The notes under the pieces are model-generated. The model had not been told where the DNA came from, did not search any database, and worked only from the letters and a program-made list of their open reading frames with translations. DNA of 64,000 nt from Mytilus californianus. Taxonomy: Eukaryota. Within the stretch, counting starts at the first letter, position 1. Every line of letters begins with the position of its first letter. Positions 33,940-46,430 of the stretch are shown here, piece by piece. The stretch is taken from NCBI RefSeq assembly GCF_021869535.1, contig NW_026262679.1, positions 2,170,001-2,234,000 on the forward strand, given 5' to 3'. Both the position numbers and the translations under genes were made by a program.

Positions 33940-34575
33940 AATTAAAAAAAAGTTGAACATGTTTTTATACTTGAATGGCTAAGTTTTACTCTAAACGAAG
34001 TGAACGTAAACTTTTTTTTAACAGAAAATCCTTTATATTATCAAAATCTTCATAACTGTACCGTTATTGAATTATTGATTTCCCAGACACTAATTAGCCG
34101 ATACTTTCCCGTATGCAGTGACCTTAGCAGTGACCTTAACTACGACACCTCTAGTTATAACTTCGGCCACCGCACAGCGCAAGTGCGAGGGGAAAACCGT
34201 GATGAAAGAATGTAAACGCATATGCTCTTGAAAGTAATTAGAAATAACAGATTCATAAAGATAAAATTTGATACAAAAAATCATTTAACAACTGTTAGGG
34301 AAAAGTTTAATTAACAAATGGGAACGCATGAAAAATATAAAAACCAATGTCATGGTTCTTTCAATTCACTTATCTGTCACTCCTTCCACTTGCTCTGTTT
34401 TTATTGTTTATCAGTGTCACGATTCGGAAAACCTCGGCAACAAACTCGGGAGTTAATAAATATATAAAAATATGCATGCAACACTTAGTTTAGTATATAT
34501 GCATGCATTGGTTCAATAATTTCGATAACATTAAAAATTCAAGAAACTCGTTTGATATGACTTTAAATCTCAAAT
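33940..34575 (-). repeat. inverted copy of the 36610-37420 / 11690-13010 block
   Basis: e.g. 34161 cttcggccaccgcacagcgcaagtgcgagggg is the reverse complement of ~12772-12803 and ~37184-37212. Confidence 0.85.
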
Positions 34576-35260
34576 GATCACAGCTTCATGTGTTAACGTT
34601 GAGGATCTACAACATTACAGTGTATTTCTCAATATTTTACCAAATTGTAAATGTCCAAAGATGGGCAATCATATATAGTATTCTGGATACTAAATTTTGC
34701 ATAAAAACGAGTCTTTCTGTTTTATTAGGACATTGTACAGTATTAAGTCGTCTTTAAAATACGGTCACCGAAATTATGGTGAAGGACGGCATGAATTCAT
34801 AACAATAGGTAAAGTACTTTGAACTTGATTTGTGTAATAACTTGATACGATAAAATTTTCGTAAATGTGCTTTTGCTTTGTTATATTTATACATAAAGAA
34901 GTCTAGAAAAACGACGAACCAGCAAATTTAATAAGTGTTGGATCGTCTATACTAGGCCATACTTTACAGATAAGAAACAAATTATTAAAGTCCTAAATTT
35001 TGTGCAACGATATTGCAATAAATCGTATATACAGATATGTCGGCTCAACAAAAGGCCTTATTCAGTGTCAATGTTTTTTAATTGGTGCAATACAGTAAGC
35101 GTTTGTGTGTAAAATTAGCTCGCTCGTACAGGTAACTTTTATGCAATTAATTTAATCTGAAATCCTGCACCCCATAGAACAAAACTAAACTCAATACTAT
35201 ATATGACGTGGCTGCGCACTTATATATCCAAAAATGTCAAAATGTAGTTGCCCGTATAAT

Positions 35261-35263
<3 letters not shown>

Positions 35264-35311
<48 letters not shown>
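35264..35311. repeat. (TA)n microsatellite
   Basis: ~24 TA units, absent at the paralogous positions (~6660, ~49255). Confidence 0.95.
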
Positions 35312-35314
<3 letters not shown>

Positions 35315-36710
35315 ATAACAATTAAGACTTGTATATATAGAATAACTATACATTGTTTTGAAATATAAAAAAAATATATTTGAACAAGGTAAAGAAACAG
35401 GTAGAATGCAAGACTCTGCAGAGCATTTCTATCCTAAACTGAGCCGGGTAGGCCACATACCACAATTAATTTCCCTTTTAAATCTTTACAAGTTTGTCAA
35501 ATTTATTAAAATCGCATCCTGTTATTTTGCCCAATCTTTTGTGTGGGTTAAATGTACAGTACATGTTCAAAAGCTATCGAACATTTAAAAAATAATTGAA
35601 CTTTTTTTTGGCAGAGAGTATGGTCTGTTTGGCCTATAACAGTAGACTGCATGGTATGAGTTTTGCTCATTGCTAAAGGTTGAATTTGTTGGACGGTAAT
35701 CTTATTGGCAAATAAACCAGATCTCTTGGCAAGTATGTTGCAATATCTTATAAACTGATTTCACTTAAGGCTAAGTACATGTTGTTTGATCATATTTCGG
35801 ATTTTTACGAAATTTTAAATGCATTGAACTCATTGAAGCGAATCTGAATATTGACAAAATTGCATATGCAGAATTATCACACTGATTCTAAAGATATAAT
35901 CAATTCAAAATATTTAGAATAGAACATTAAAATGTATAGAAACGAACATTCATGCTGTTAAAAAAAATGTGATTTTTCAAAATCCGGTTCACATAAATTT
36001 TTTTTTAATGATATGTTAATAACTGTACACAGTTCAGTTTTAATGATCACATGATTCGTGTTTGCAGACTTTATCATTAGCGTTTTGGTTTTTTTTGGTG
36101 TAGAAAAATAACGATATTGCAGATTAACCACAGGCACATGTGTCTTAAAAAAACTACATGAATATACCTTTATTTTTTTATAAAACTATATAGATTAAAT
36201 ATTACATGTGAGGGTGACGCCAATATAACATTTTGTTCCTCGACGCTTTTTTGTGCTTACACAAAACGTCGCATACTGTAAACCTGTTTGCAATGATGGT
36301 CGTGTAATGAGCACTGCTTTAACATTAAATTTGTTCTCATCTGTACATCGGTTTTAATTGCCTGTACATTTTATTTGTTTAAACGAGTAAACTACATGAA
36401 GTATTAATGGATATGTTCATTGTATAAAATTGAATTGATCATTTCTCTGTTAACCTCAAGCTCGAGCTCTACAGCACTTAGACGCAATTCATCTTTTCTG
36501 TGAGAGGGAGCATATTTGTTTAAAACGATTTTAGGATTCTAAATTCCTTGAGCAATAAAAATGTTTCAGAGAGGAATTAAAAATAATTTGTTTCTATAAA
36601 AAATAAAAGAGTAAAATTGAGTTTAAAGTCATATGAAACGAGTTTCTTATAATTTTAATGTTATCAAAATTAGTAAACCAATACATGCATATATACTAAA
36701 CCAAGTCTTA

Positions 36711-36830
36711 TATAGATATAGGAAGATGTGGTATGAGTGCCAATGAGACAACTCTCCATCCAAGTTACAATTTATAAAAGTAAACCATTATAGGTCAAGG
36801 TACGGCCTTCAACACGGAGCATTGGCTCAC
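36711..36830 (-). mobile_element. family B repeat, 3' fragment
   Basis: Reverse complement of the family B 3' end, with a probable (C)TTATA target duplication. Confidence 0.85.
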
Positions 36831-37438
36831 TTATATGCACGTTTTTAATATAAATTACGAATCTATAACGTATTATCGACAAATTATATTTTATTCAGTG
36901 ATTGTTGATCGCCAGCAAATTAAATTTCGAGTTACGATGTTAACTAGATCGTGATTTTGGTAAATAATCAACACAGAGCATGTTGAGTACGTGACAAATA
37001 AGTTAAATAATAGAGTCATGATATATTTTGTTTTTTTTATTTTCCATGCGTTCCCATTTTTTAATTAAACTTTTCCTTCACAGTTGTTAAATGATATGTT
37101 GTATTAAATTTGTTCCTTAAGGATTAGTTGTTACTATTTACCTCAATCGAAATCAAGTGAACGTTTGTTTACATCAGGGTTTTCCCCTCGCACTTACGCT
37201 GTGCGGTGGCTTAGGTTCTAACGAGAGGTCTCGTAGTAAATGTCACTGCATACGGGAATATATCGACGAATTAGTGTACGAGAAGACAATAATTCAATAG
37301 CAGTACATTTAGGAACATTTTGATAATATAAAGGATTTTCTGTTATAAGAAAGTTCACGTACACTTGTTTTATAGTAAAACTTAGCCATTCAAGTATATA
37401 AAACATATTTTTTCCACACATCCTATTAAATTGGTTCT

Positions 37439-37692
37439 GCACATGGTTCTGCTGCCATCAATATGTTAACCCAAGTGTTAACTGGGATATAGGAATATGT
37501 TCTTCCCTTGGTCTTCTTTCAGCAGTAAAACCCTTTCCATAGATTGGCGTTCTTTTTATCTGTGCTTGATGTATAAATTAAAAATAACAACCAATCAGAA
37601 ACAGAGTTTAATCCGTTGCCTCGTGTAGAGAGAGTGCCACGCTTTCTGCAGTTTAGAACCCTTGCAACAACTCTTTCAGGGATTTGTAGGTA
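37439..37692. repeat. ~250-bp GC-richer dispersed repeat (possible SINE remnant); paralog at 51302-51554
   Basis: Same sequence at matching positions in units 2 and 3, so it predates that duplication. Family not identified with confidence. Confidence 0.55.
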
Positions 37693-38800
37693 GTCTGTTG
37701 CAAGTCTTAAATTATGTCCATACCACATATATCCTTATTTTACAATAACATTCTAAATCCCCCCTTTCATCAAGGGAGACTCCCTATTGTAGGACCTATT
37801 GTATTAATTGTTAATTTGTTACTGAACATGCATGCAATATTTGCCACTGGGTGTAAAGCAAAGAACAATCAATCAAACAACTATACATGTATTAATGCCC
37901 CAATTTATGAAATAGTCCACTCAATTCGGGAAGACAATGTCAAATGAATGATGTGTATGATGATTACGTCGAGTTCAAAAAGAGGTAAATATAGCTATCT
38001 AATCGTTTTTAATAACTGATCAATATTTTGATTTTTGGACAAATAAATTGGTATATAACTCAATTCATAATATATTTAGAATCATTTTATTTCAAATAGG
38101 TTTCCTCCTTAAATATTCATAAAAAAATTTACTTCTAAATATCTAGTTTTATGTACACTTAACCCACACAAGCCCTTCATTGACCTATATCAATGGGACC
38201 GTAGATGAGTTTAGTTTACGCGTTGATAACACCACACCGAGTTTAGCTCAAAATTATATGAACACAGGTTAATAAAGTAAGTACTGTTACAAATAAGAAC
38301 TTAATTAAGACTTTGACAAGTGTTGGTAAAAAACTAACAATGTACAAATTTCTTTACCAAACTTGAAAAGCCAAATTTTAGAGTGTGAATAATTTGATAT
38401 ACATAATCAAAGTTATCAATTGATATGTAGAGTGCACATTTAATTTTGAGCTTAAACAACATCTGGGGATTAGGCGGCCCACTGGGTCCTTCATATTCTA
38501 ATACCTCCGATTAAACAAGTTCTCATTTACAGCTCTAACCAGCAACATAATACAAACAAAATTTACTATGTGGGTAATTTGATACAATGCACACAGGTAT
38601 ATACAGGTCTTTCTAATACATATTTTCACAAAGCAAGATAGGTTATCATGTCTGTGCAATGCCTTTTATTTCCATGTTTAAGCAATGAAACAAACTGTCT
38701 AGAATAAATACTGTGACATGAATAAAAATGTAAACAGCTATGCACACGCATAAAAGTGTATCATGAATGTTAAGCTGGACATTTTAACCTTAAAGATACT

Positions 38801-41276
38801 TCAAAAGAACCAAAGTCGAAGCTTTTGCCAAGCCATTTGGACTTCCTCCTTCTCGACTGGCCATTGAATTAAAAGTACATCTTTCCAAATGGTCGAAAAT
38901 TCTACGGGAATATTATCCAAAGGGATATCTCTTGTAATAACAACAATCTTCTGCAGATTTTTGGAAAACTTTTCATACTGTGCTCGCTCGATTTCAAAAC
39001 GAGTCCATTCATTTTCGACAATTGATGGCGAGACAAGAAATATAACGTGTCTGCATCTATGAATAGAAGTAGCTCTTTCGGTAGCTATTGATTCACCTAC
39101 AATAAAATCTCTATCTTCGAAGCAAATTTTGAAACCCCATTCATCTTCTACCTTCTTTTGCAATTCTTTCACAAAAGAAATACAGTCATCCGAATATGAA
39201 ACGTAAACGTCATAATCAAAAGTCAGCTCAAGACCTTTCTCTGCAAATCTCCGGATATTCCGGAAGAAAAAGAAAATTATCCTCCGTCTAAAATTGTACA
39301 ATAGCGTTATACAAATCAAAGTTGATAAAACAGAAACCAATAATGAAATGCCTAACTTGATCCAAACGGTAGAATCACAGTCAACGAAATAATGATGAAA
39401 GTCTTCAGCGACATTTCTGGTATAGTTGATTGTTTTAAGTGAAGAAACCCAACAAGAGTAGTTACCATTTTTATCTAACATTACTTTAGTTGTCAGAATC
39501 CAACGCAAAAATATTGTTGTATCACATGAACAAATCAATGGATTATTACTGAGATATAATTTAAAAGATCCAAATTTGGTATGCTGGGTATCAATCCAAC
39601 TAAGTATATTTTCCCGAATTGTAGTTAATTGATTGTGTGATAAATCGAGTTCAGTAAGGCTATCAAACTTTGTAACTACATCAGGCACATCATCAAACAA
39701 GTTATGAGATATATTGAGTTGTGTTAAATGCGGCAATTGCCCAAGCGAATTCATTTTCCACATATAGTTATATGATATATCCAAATTCTTTATATTAGGA
39801 CAAAGACTTAATATTGATGAATTAGTTTGTAAAACGAGGTACAATTTTGTTTCCTTCAAGATGAGTGTTTTCAAATGGATTAAAAGTGGAATTTTCCCAG
39901 CTCCAATTGTAATATCGGAACTTATTCCTGACAAATCCAGATGCTCCAAACTATTAAATCCTTCTACAGTCAAAATTGGGAAAACATCTGTTTCAAAATC
40001 AGAAACTTCAAGATGCCGAAGGAAGCTATCGTTTACTTTTATTTCCCTGAAGCCATTTCTACCCATTACATGTGCTATTCTCACAAATTGTATTTGGTTC
40101 GGAACCGTAACTGTTATATTCTGTGTCTCTAATCTGCCTTTGTATTCAAGTCTTTGGATTGTAGTATGGTTATTTTTCGTCACCACGTCAAGGAAGACTG
40201 GGTTTTTGAACCTTAGCGGAAAATAGGAAAAATCAAACATTTTGATGTTGGTCATCCTGAATACATACAAGAACAGATTAATTGCCCAAGTTTCTATACT
40301 AAAACTATTAGATGATGCCATTATATGTTCAAAGCAATGTGGATGTTTAAACGAAACTATTGAATTGTTTTTAACTGAAATAATCTGATTGTCAAAAAAA
40401 TCTATGGTCGTTATACAGATAGTTGATATATATTTCATCATCTCCTGTGTAAGAACAAACGCGTCAAGGTCGTGTTTAATATTACTATGAGTTATTCCTC
40501 GAAAAAGAATTGCATCCATTGATTTATTTTGAAATGGTTGTAAAATTCTGAGAGCCTGAGTTTAGTGAATATTGCTGTTGCTAAGATTTAGTACTTTTAG
40601 GTGAGGAAACGGTACTAAAACTCCAACTTCAATGACGACAAAATGTTTACAAGTTGTCATGTGGAATTCATTTATATTAACCGGCATATCTTGAAATGTC
40701 TCATTGTATAAAATATCAACGTGGCAATAGTCAAATCTAAACTTTCGTAAATTGTGCAGTTTCCTAAATTGCTGTCCAAACGTTGCGTTCAACACAAGAT
40801 CAATTGACAACTCACGCAGGTTACAAAGTTCACCAACGGGAATTCTATACGGGTTGTATTCTGGTGTTTTCATATTTCTACTGACATCTAAAGCTGATAA
40901 ATTCTGTAAGGATTCAAACACTCCAGGTGGGTAAGATGTACACATGTTTAATTGATTTTTTACCATGGACAACCGTCGTAATAATGACAAACCGGTGAAA
41001 GCCTTCGCATCCAAAAAATTCATAACATTATTATCAAGTATTAGATGTTATAGATACTTATATCTATGAAAACTGTTGTCACCCAGTCTGGTCAGTCTAT
41101 TATAACTTAAATCCAATTTCTTTAAATCAGGCGGTAAATTTGTCGGAACAGATGTATCCTTGGTATGTACAATCAGCCTCCTTATCTTCTAATGTATTTA
41201 ATGTGATATTGCATTGTGCATGTACTGTTGTATATGGATAAACAAGTATAATCCAAATTGCTATCATGATATACAT
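38801..41276 (-). pseudogene. TLR-B copy 2, full length with 3 lesions
   Basis: ATG at 41276 (MYIMIAIWIILVYPY); 2-nt deletion ~41157; TAA at 41048-41050; TAA at 40562-40564 (TTA in TLR-A). The remaining 572 aa (LRR-TM-TIR) are open. Confidence 0.93.
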
Positions 41277-41880
41277 TATTTTGATTAACTTAATTTGTTA
41301 TCTACTTCCAGCGGTATAGACAAATTCGATAAATGACTGCAGTGTGTGCATGTTTTTAAATTTCTGTCTTTAAATGTGTAAGGATTTTTTTCTTTTATTT
41401 TGCCTTGACCGATATGATTTTGATTGCATTTAACAAGTTTAAAAACCAAACAAACAAACATCGTAATAAAACTTTATATCCACATTACGGTTTTACATGC
41501 ACAGATAAATGATAATAAAATATAGATAAACAATGGCAAATATATTTCCCGTCCAAAAAACTTGATCACAGATTGTAATTAAAAAAGTTTGTTATTTCTA
41601 AAAAAATATATTAAATATATACAAAATACAGTAATGACCTATCATTTCTTATTTTTGCGGTATCAAGTACTTTATAATGACGCATTGAAACAATAGACAC
41701 GAAATAGATAAGTTCTGAACAAAAAAAAGAATTAAAAACTATAGGTCATGGGTTTTTCATTGATTTAAGCAACTATTTAGTCAATCAGTTGATGGATGCA
41801 TGTATGAAGCTTTTCTAGAAGTGCAAGTTGTTTTTTTCCTCCCCTTTATTAACTTTGTATAAAGAGTGCATTTATAGCAA

Positions 41881-41995
41881 GGGGCAGGAAATGCCTACCC
41901 GTCCGGAGCACTTGAGTTTTCTTCGTGTTGATTGACTTTATTGTTTCTTTTTGTTTTTTTCCTACGGCCATAATGATGTCGATCTTATTTCGACT
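41881..41995 (+). mobile_element. highly degenerate Naiad-type 3' UTR fragment
   Basis: gcagga..tgcctacccgtccggagcacttgag..ttcgtgttg resembles 10358-10424. Confidence 0.55.
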
Positions 41996-43361
41996 AGCTG
42001 AAGGTTTTGACGGAAACCTATGCAGGACTGACGAAAATTGAATTCGTATTCAAGATCACGAATTAAAAAAAATGTGATCACGGATTAAAATCGTAACGTA
42101 AAATTCAATATTTTGTTCTTAATGTTTAAATTCGTTATAACAAATATGAGGAATTAGTTATCTCAGATTTTTGTTATTCGTGAGTTATTGCATGTGATCT
42201 TTTAATTTTATGCACTCAAAAAGCTTGAAAAAGTAAAAATAAAATCATAAATTTTATAGAAAAGAACGAAAGCCTCATAAATTCATCAGCAGTGTATACA
42301 AAAAGATAAAAAGAAGATATACAATTCGTGACACAAATAGGAAGAAAAACATGCAAATATGCTGCAAAAATTCGCTACCCTAACAAATGTCAATCGTGGG
42401 TATGTTCAAAACTTTTATATTCGTTTAAATGTTATGGGGTTTTATTGATCCCTGCCACATACCAAACGAGCTAAAACTTGTATTTTATTTATTTTTACTT
42501 TATAGACCTTTTCCCCAAAGTATTATTTTTTAGGCTTGGTACAATTTATTTGTCATAATACTCAATCTCTTGACTACATATATATTTTTGAAAGAGTTGT
42601 AAGATTCAGACCTTTTGCCTCGTAGCAGTCTAGTAACATTTTGGTCATATGACCGCTAATGCCAATGAAAGAACAGATTGACCCTTATTTTTTGCTTGTT
42701 CTTTTTTAAAATGAAGACATGTGATTGATAAGAACATTCAGAAGGAATACTCTAACGCAATTGCATTTGAATTATAAAGAATGATATAAAATGTAGAGCA
42801 AAAACTGAAACACACAAATTATATTGTTTATTTGTAAATATACACTGTACCAAGGAGATTGGCAATTTCTAAAATTGAACAACTATATTTAGTTTGAATC
42901 AAATCGCGCATGCATGTACAGTTGAACTATTTTTTGGGGAAACATTCTAATTGATAAAAACGATTACCATCTTTTTCAGCAGAAATAACAAGCTATTTGA
43001 TTCATTCGAATCGTCAGTGGTGACATAAACAACGAAATATTTAAAAACGTTAAAGAGAAATATATATATAAAAAATTACATCAAGAAGGATGACACAGCT
43101 AGCTAAGAAATACTTGTGAATCGGGACGGGGTATCTTTGTCATTTGGAAATTTCTTCCGAATCCTAATATCACAGTTAAAGTATGCCTGACCCAGTGCAA
43201 AAGATATCTTTGTCCCGTTATTTCAAAGCTGTAAATACTATTATACTTCCAAGTGAAAATGCTATAATACATTTTTTTTTTACATGGCATATCATATAAA
43301 AAGGACAAACGAAGGAACAAAATTCGTAGAACAAAACTAGCGACAATTCGTAACAAGTAAA

Positions 43362-46300
43362 ATGGGTTCGTCAACTCTTGTCTTGTTGTTACTGTGTGCA
43401 AACATTGGAAAATCATTGGCGAGTTGTAATCTAGGTAAGAATTCAAATATGTAAGATATTGACATGTATTTAAGTTTTATACACAGTTGTTAACAAGATG
43501 TAAGTGTTGTGAGTTATTTCTCTCTTATGATACACCCGCTATAAGTATTCAATATATAAGAATTTGATGATCGGTGGTGTGAAATATATGCTCACATAAA
43601 GCTTATGACATTTTCATAGACGGACAGAAGGAAAAACACACGGACAAACGATCATAGGAAAACCAATCTATCCCCTCCTTTGGTGTGATGATATAACAAT
43701 TCTCATGAAGCCAACTTCAAATATCTATTCATACATTCGAGGTTGATACTGTCTACTTGGTAGTGTTCTCAACGTTTGTCCTACTAGTTCAAATCAATAA
43801 CTATTGACTGGAGTTCCGTATGACACGGCTTTTCTCCTGGTACATGTTGAAATCATTCACAGAAGAAATGCATGCAGTGTTGGTGATAGATTGTGTTTAA
43901 TTCGATCAGGCAAGTACCTGTGAATTGTGGAGGTGATTGTACAAGTCTAAGTAAGTCATACAGTTGTTCTCCATTCGTTTGATGTGTTTGAGCTTTCGAT
44001 TTTGCTATTTGTTAAGGGACATTCCGTTTTGAATTTTCATTGGTTCGGTATTTGTGTTATTTTACTTTTTGGTCATACAGCTCTTTAATTGTCAATATAA
44101 TACTTCCATGGTTATCTCATTTTATCGGACTTCTCAGTTTATACAGAGACATATAATACAATAATAACAGTATATGTATCTGGATTATATAATAGTCAGT
44201 TTCTGATTTTTATTTTGCCACATGCTTGTTATAAAATATTTGGCGATCACCTCCGTAATACACCCTTGTTTCCACTCATAAATATAAACGGAACATGCCT
44301 ACCATATTGATTCAATTTTATAAACTTTCGGCATGACGAGTCTCAAAGGTGAGTCTCGCATCTTTCTATCTTTGTTTTAGATTGATCACAGTTGATTGCT
44401 TGTAGTGCTTAAAAGATATATGTATCTAGGTGTTTTTCTTTGAACCATCGATATGTTTAATCGTTGTTTTAAAGTATGGATCCCATACCGCACTGGCGTA
44501 TTCTACAATGTGTCGTACAGGTGATTTATAGTCATTATCCTATACTGAAGTTGACCCTCTTAAATTGTCCTGTACCAAGTCAGGAAAATGGCCATTGTTA
44601 TATTATAGTTCGTTTCTGTGTGTGTTACATTTTAATGTTGTGTTTTTGTTGTGTCGTTGTTCTCCTCTTATATTTGATGCGTTTTCCTCAGTTTTAGTTT
44701 GTAACCCGGATTTGTTTTTATCTCTATCGATTTATGAGTTTCGAACAGCGGTATACTACTGTTGCCTTTATTTAGTTAATGTGGTTGTCTGGCTATCGTT
44801 TGTAAAAACAAAATTACTCTTGCTAGCGTGTTCATAACCATATTCAGTCGATAGTTTGTAAAATTGTTCAAAGTCAATAATGTGGTACCTTTTAAATTCA
44901 GGAAAAAGAATGGCTAACGTTTGCTTGATTTCAATGAGTTTGTATAATTCTAATACAACTTTTATCTAGGAAAAACCACATGCGTGACGGAGGACCTTCT
45001 GCATATGATTATGGGAAATGGACCTACTTTAAAAGATGGTGAGTAAAGCTTAAAACTATGACAATATTCAGCGTTGCCTATAATTATGAACTCATGAACA
45101 ATATTCCTATTGGAAACATCGTAATGATAAAATTGTGTTCGTGATTTTTTTATGCTTTTATTCTTCCAAATGCTTAGATTCGAACACAACTGATGAGTCT
45201 TATGAAAAAAAAACTGCGCGGATGATGTACTGAAATTTCAAGCCGTTACCATTTGGTTTATTTTCATACCAAAAACTGTTTTGTATCATAATCATAACTT
45301 CCAAACAATCTTATTCATTTACTGAACAAGAATTATAACGTTGTCCAAATAAACACACCACTGTCCTTTGGTCTTTAATTTGGTGGATAGTTGGTTATCA
45401 TACAACATCTCATTATTTCGCTGTTTGAGAAATGATCATAGCAATAAAACATTTAACCACAAATCTTTATTTCTTGTATTAGTGTTAGAAGTAAACAATT
45501 GCGGTAAATGATCATTGCTAAGTTAAGTAATGAGAGGTACGAACGATTTAATGTAGCACCAATTTAAACGCCTGAACGAACTACCAAACTTTGAGAGGTT
45601 TACCTAGTCGATCTATCTTTATTTCAAATCTAAAATACGTTGTTAACACGTTGTTAGGGAAAAAGTTACTTTATAATAATAGCAAGTAAAACTAAAAAAG
45701 CTTTTACTCATTTTAACATTAACTATAAAATATTTACAGCACAAGATGCAAATTTTTGTCAATTATGTTCTCTTAAGTGATGCTCGAGGTCAAAATTTTT
45801 AAATCCAAAACCTAATTCTAATGTTGAAGAGCTGACGTTAATGAGTAAATAAACCATATGAGCTTCTGAATTTGTGAATCCTGGTCACATTTCATCTGTT
45901 AACAAAGGAATAAACTCAAACAACAGACATACCCCTAAAATATATTTTAACAACATCTCGAAAAAAAAACGAATAAAACGAATGTGCACCAATGAAAAAG
46001 GATTATGATAGACATTATTTTAATTTTTAGATCTCGAACGAAGACCACATTTTTTGCATCATTAAAAACATCTCAGCAAACTCTGTCTAATATTAAGGAT
46101 ATTGTGAAGTTTGATGACGCAAAGATCTATATTGGAGGTGGATACGACTCTACAACTAGAATATTTACTTCTCCACGGAATGGAATCTACATATTCTCCT
46201 GTACTATTATGGGTAATGCTGGATGTGCAGTTCATTTCCAGCTAAATAAGAACGACCAGTTATATACATCAGGGTTTGTCGCTAAATCGAACTATGGAGC

Positions 46301-46430
46301 TCAAACGGTGAACTGTCTCGTCGAGCTAAGGACAGGAGATAAAGTGTATGTTAAACATAGATCTAGTGCATCTGAGAGTGTACGTTGAAGTCACTTCTCT
46401 ACATTTTCTGGTTATCTTTTGTCTAAGTAA
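43362..46430 (+). pseudogene. C1q-domain gene copy 2 (3 exons), disrupted in exon 3
   Basis: Exons 43362-43434, 44970-45038 and 46031-46430. A 1-nt deletion (agaccacat vs agaccaacat) gives an early TAA, and a TGA at 46386-46388 replaces Gly. Confidence 0.9.
44480..44772 (+). mobile_element. dispersed retroelement-tail repeat in C1q-2 intron 1
   Basis: Contains CCTGTACCAAGTCAGGA (44569-44585) and a T/G-rich tail like the other tail families. Absent from C1q-1 and C1q-3 introns. Confidence 0.65.

Noticed and set aside
38801-40519. 572-aa ORF as a functional truncated TLR
   Set aside because: It starts at an internal Met with no signal peptide and is explained by an upstream TTA>TAA nonsense change. 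Called as a pseudogene.
46005-46388. 127-aa ORF as an intact C1q protein
   Set aside because: It starts in the intron. The spliced frame hits a 1-nt deletion, and there is a premature TGA.
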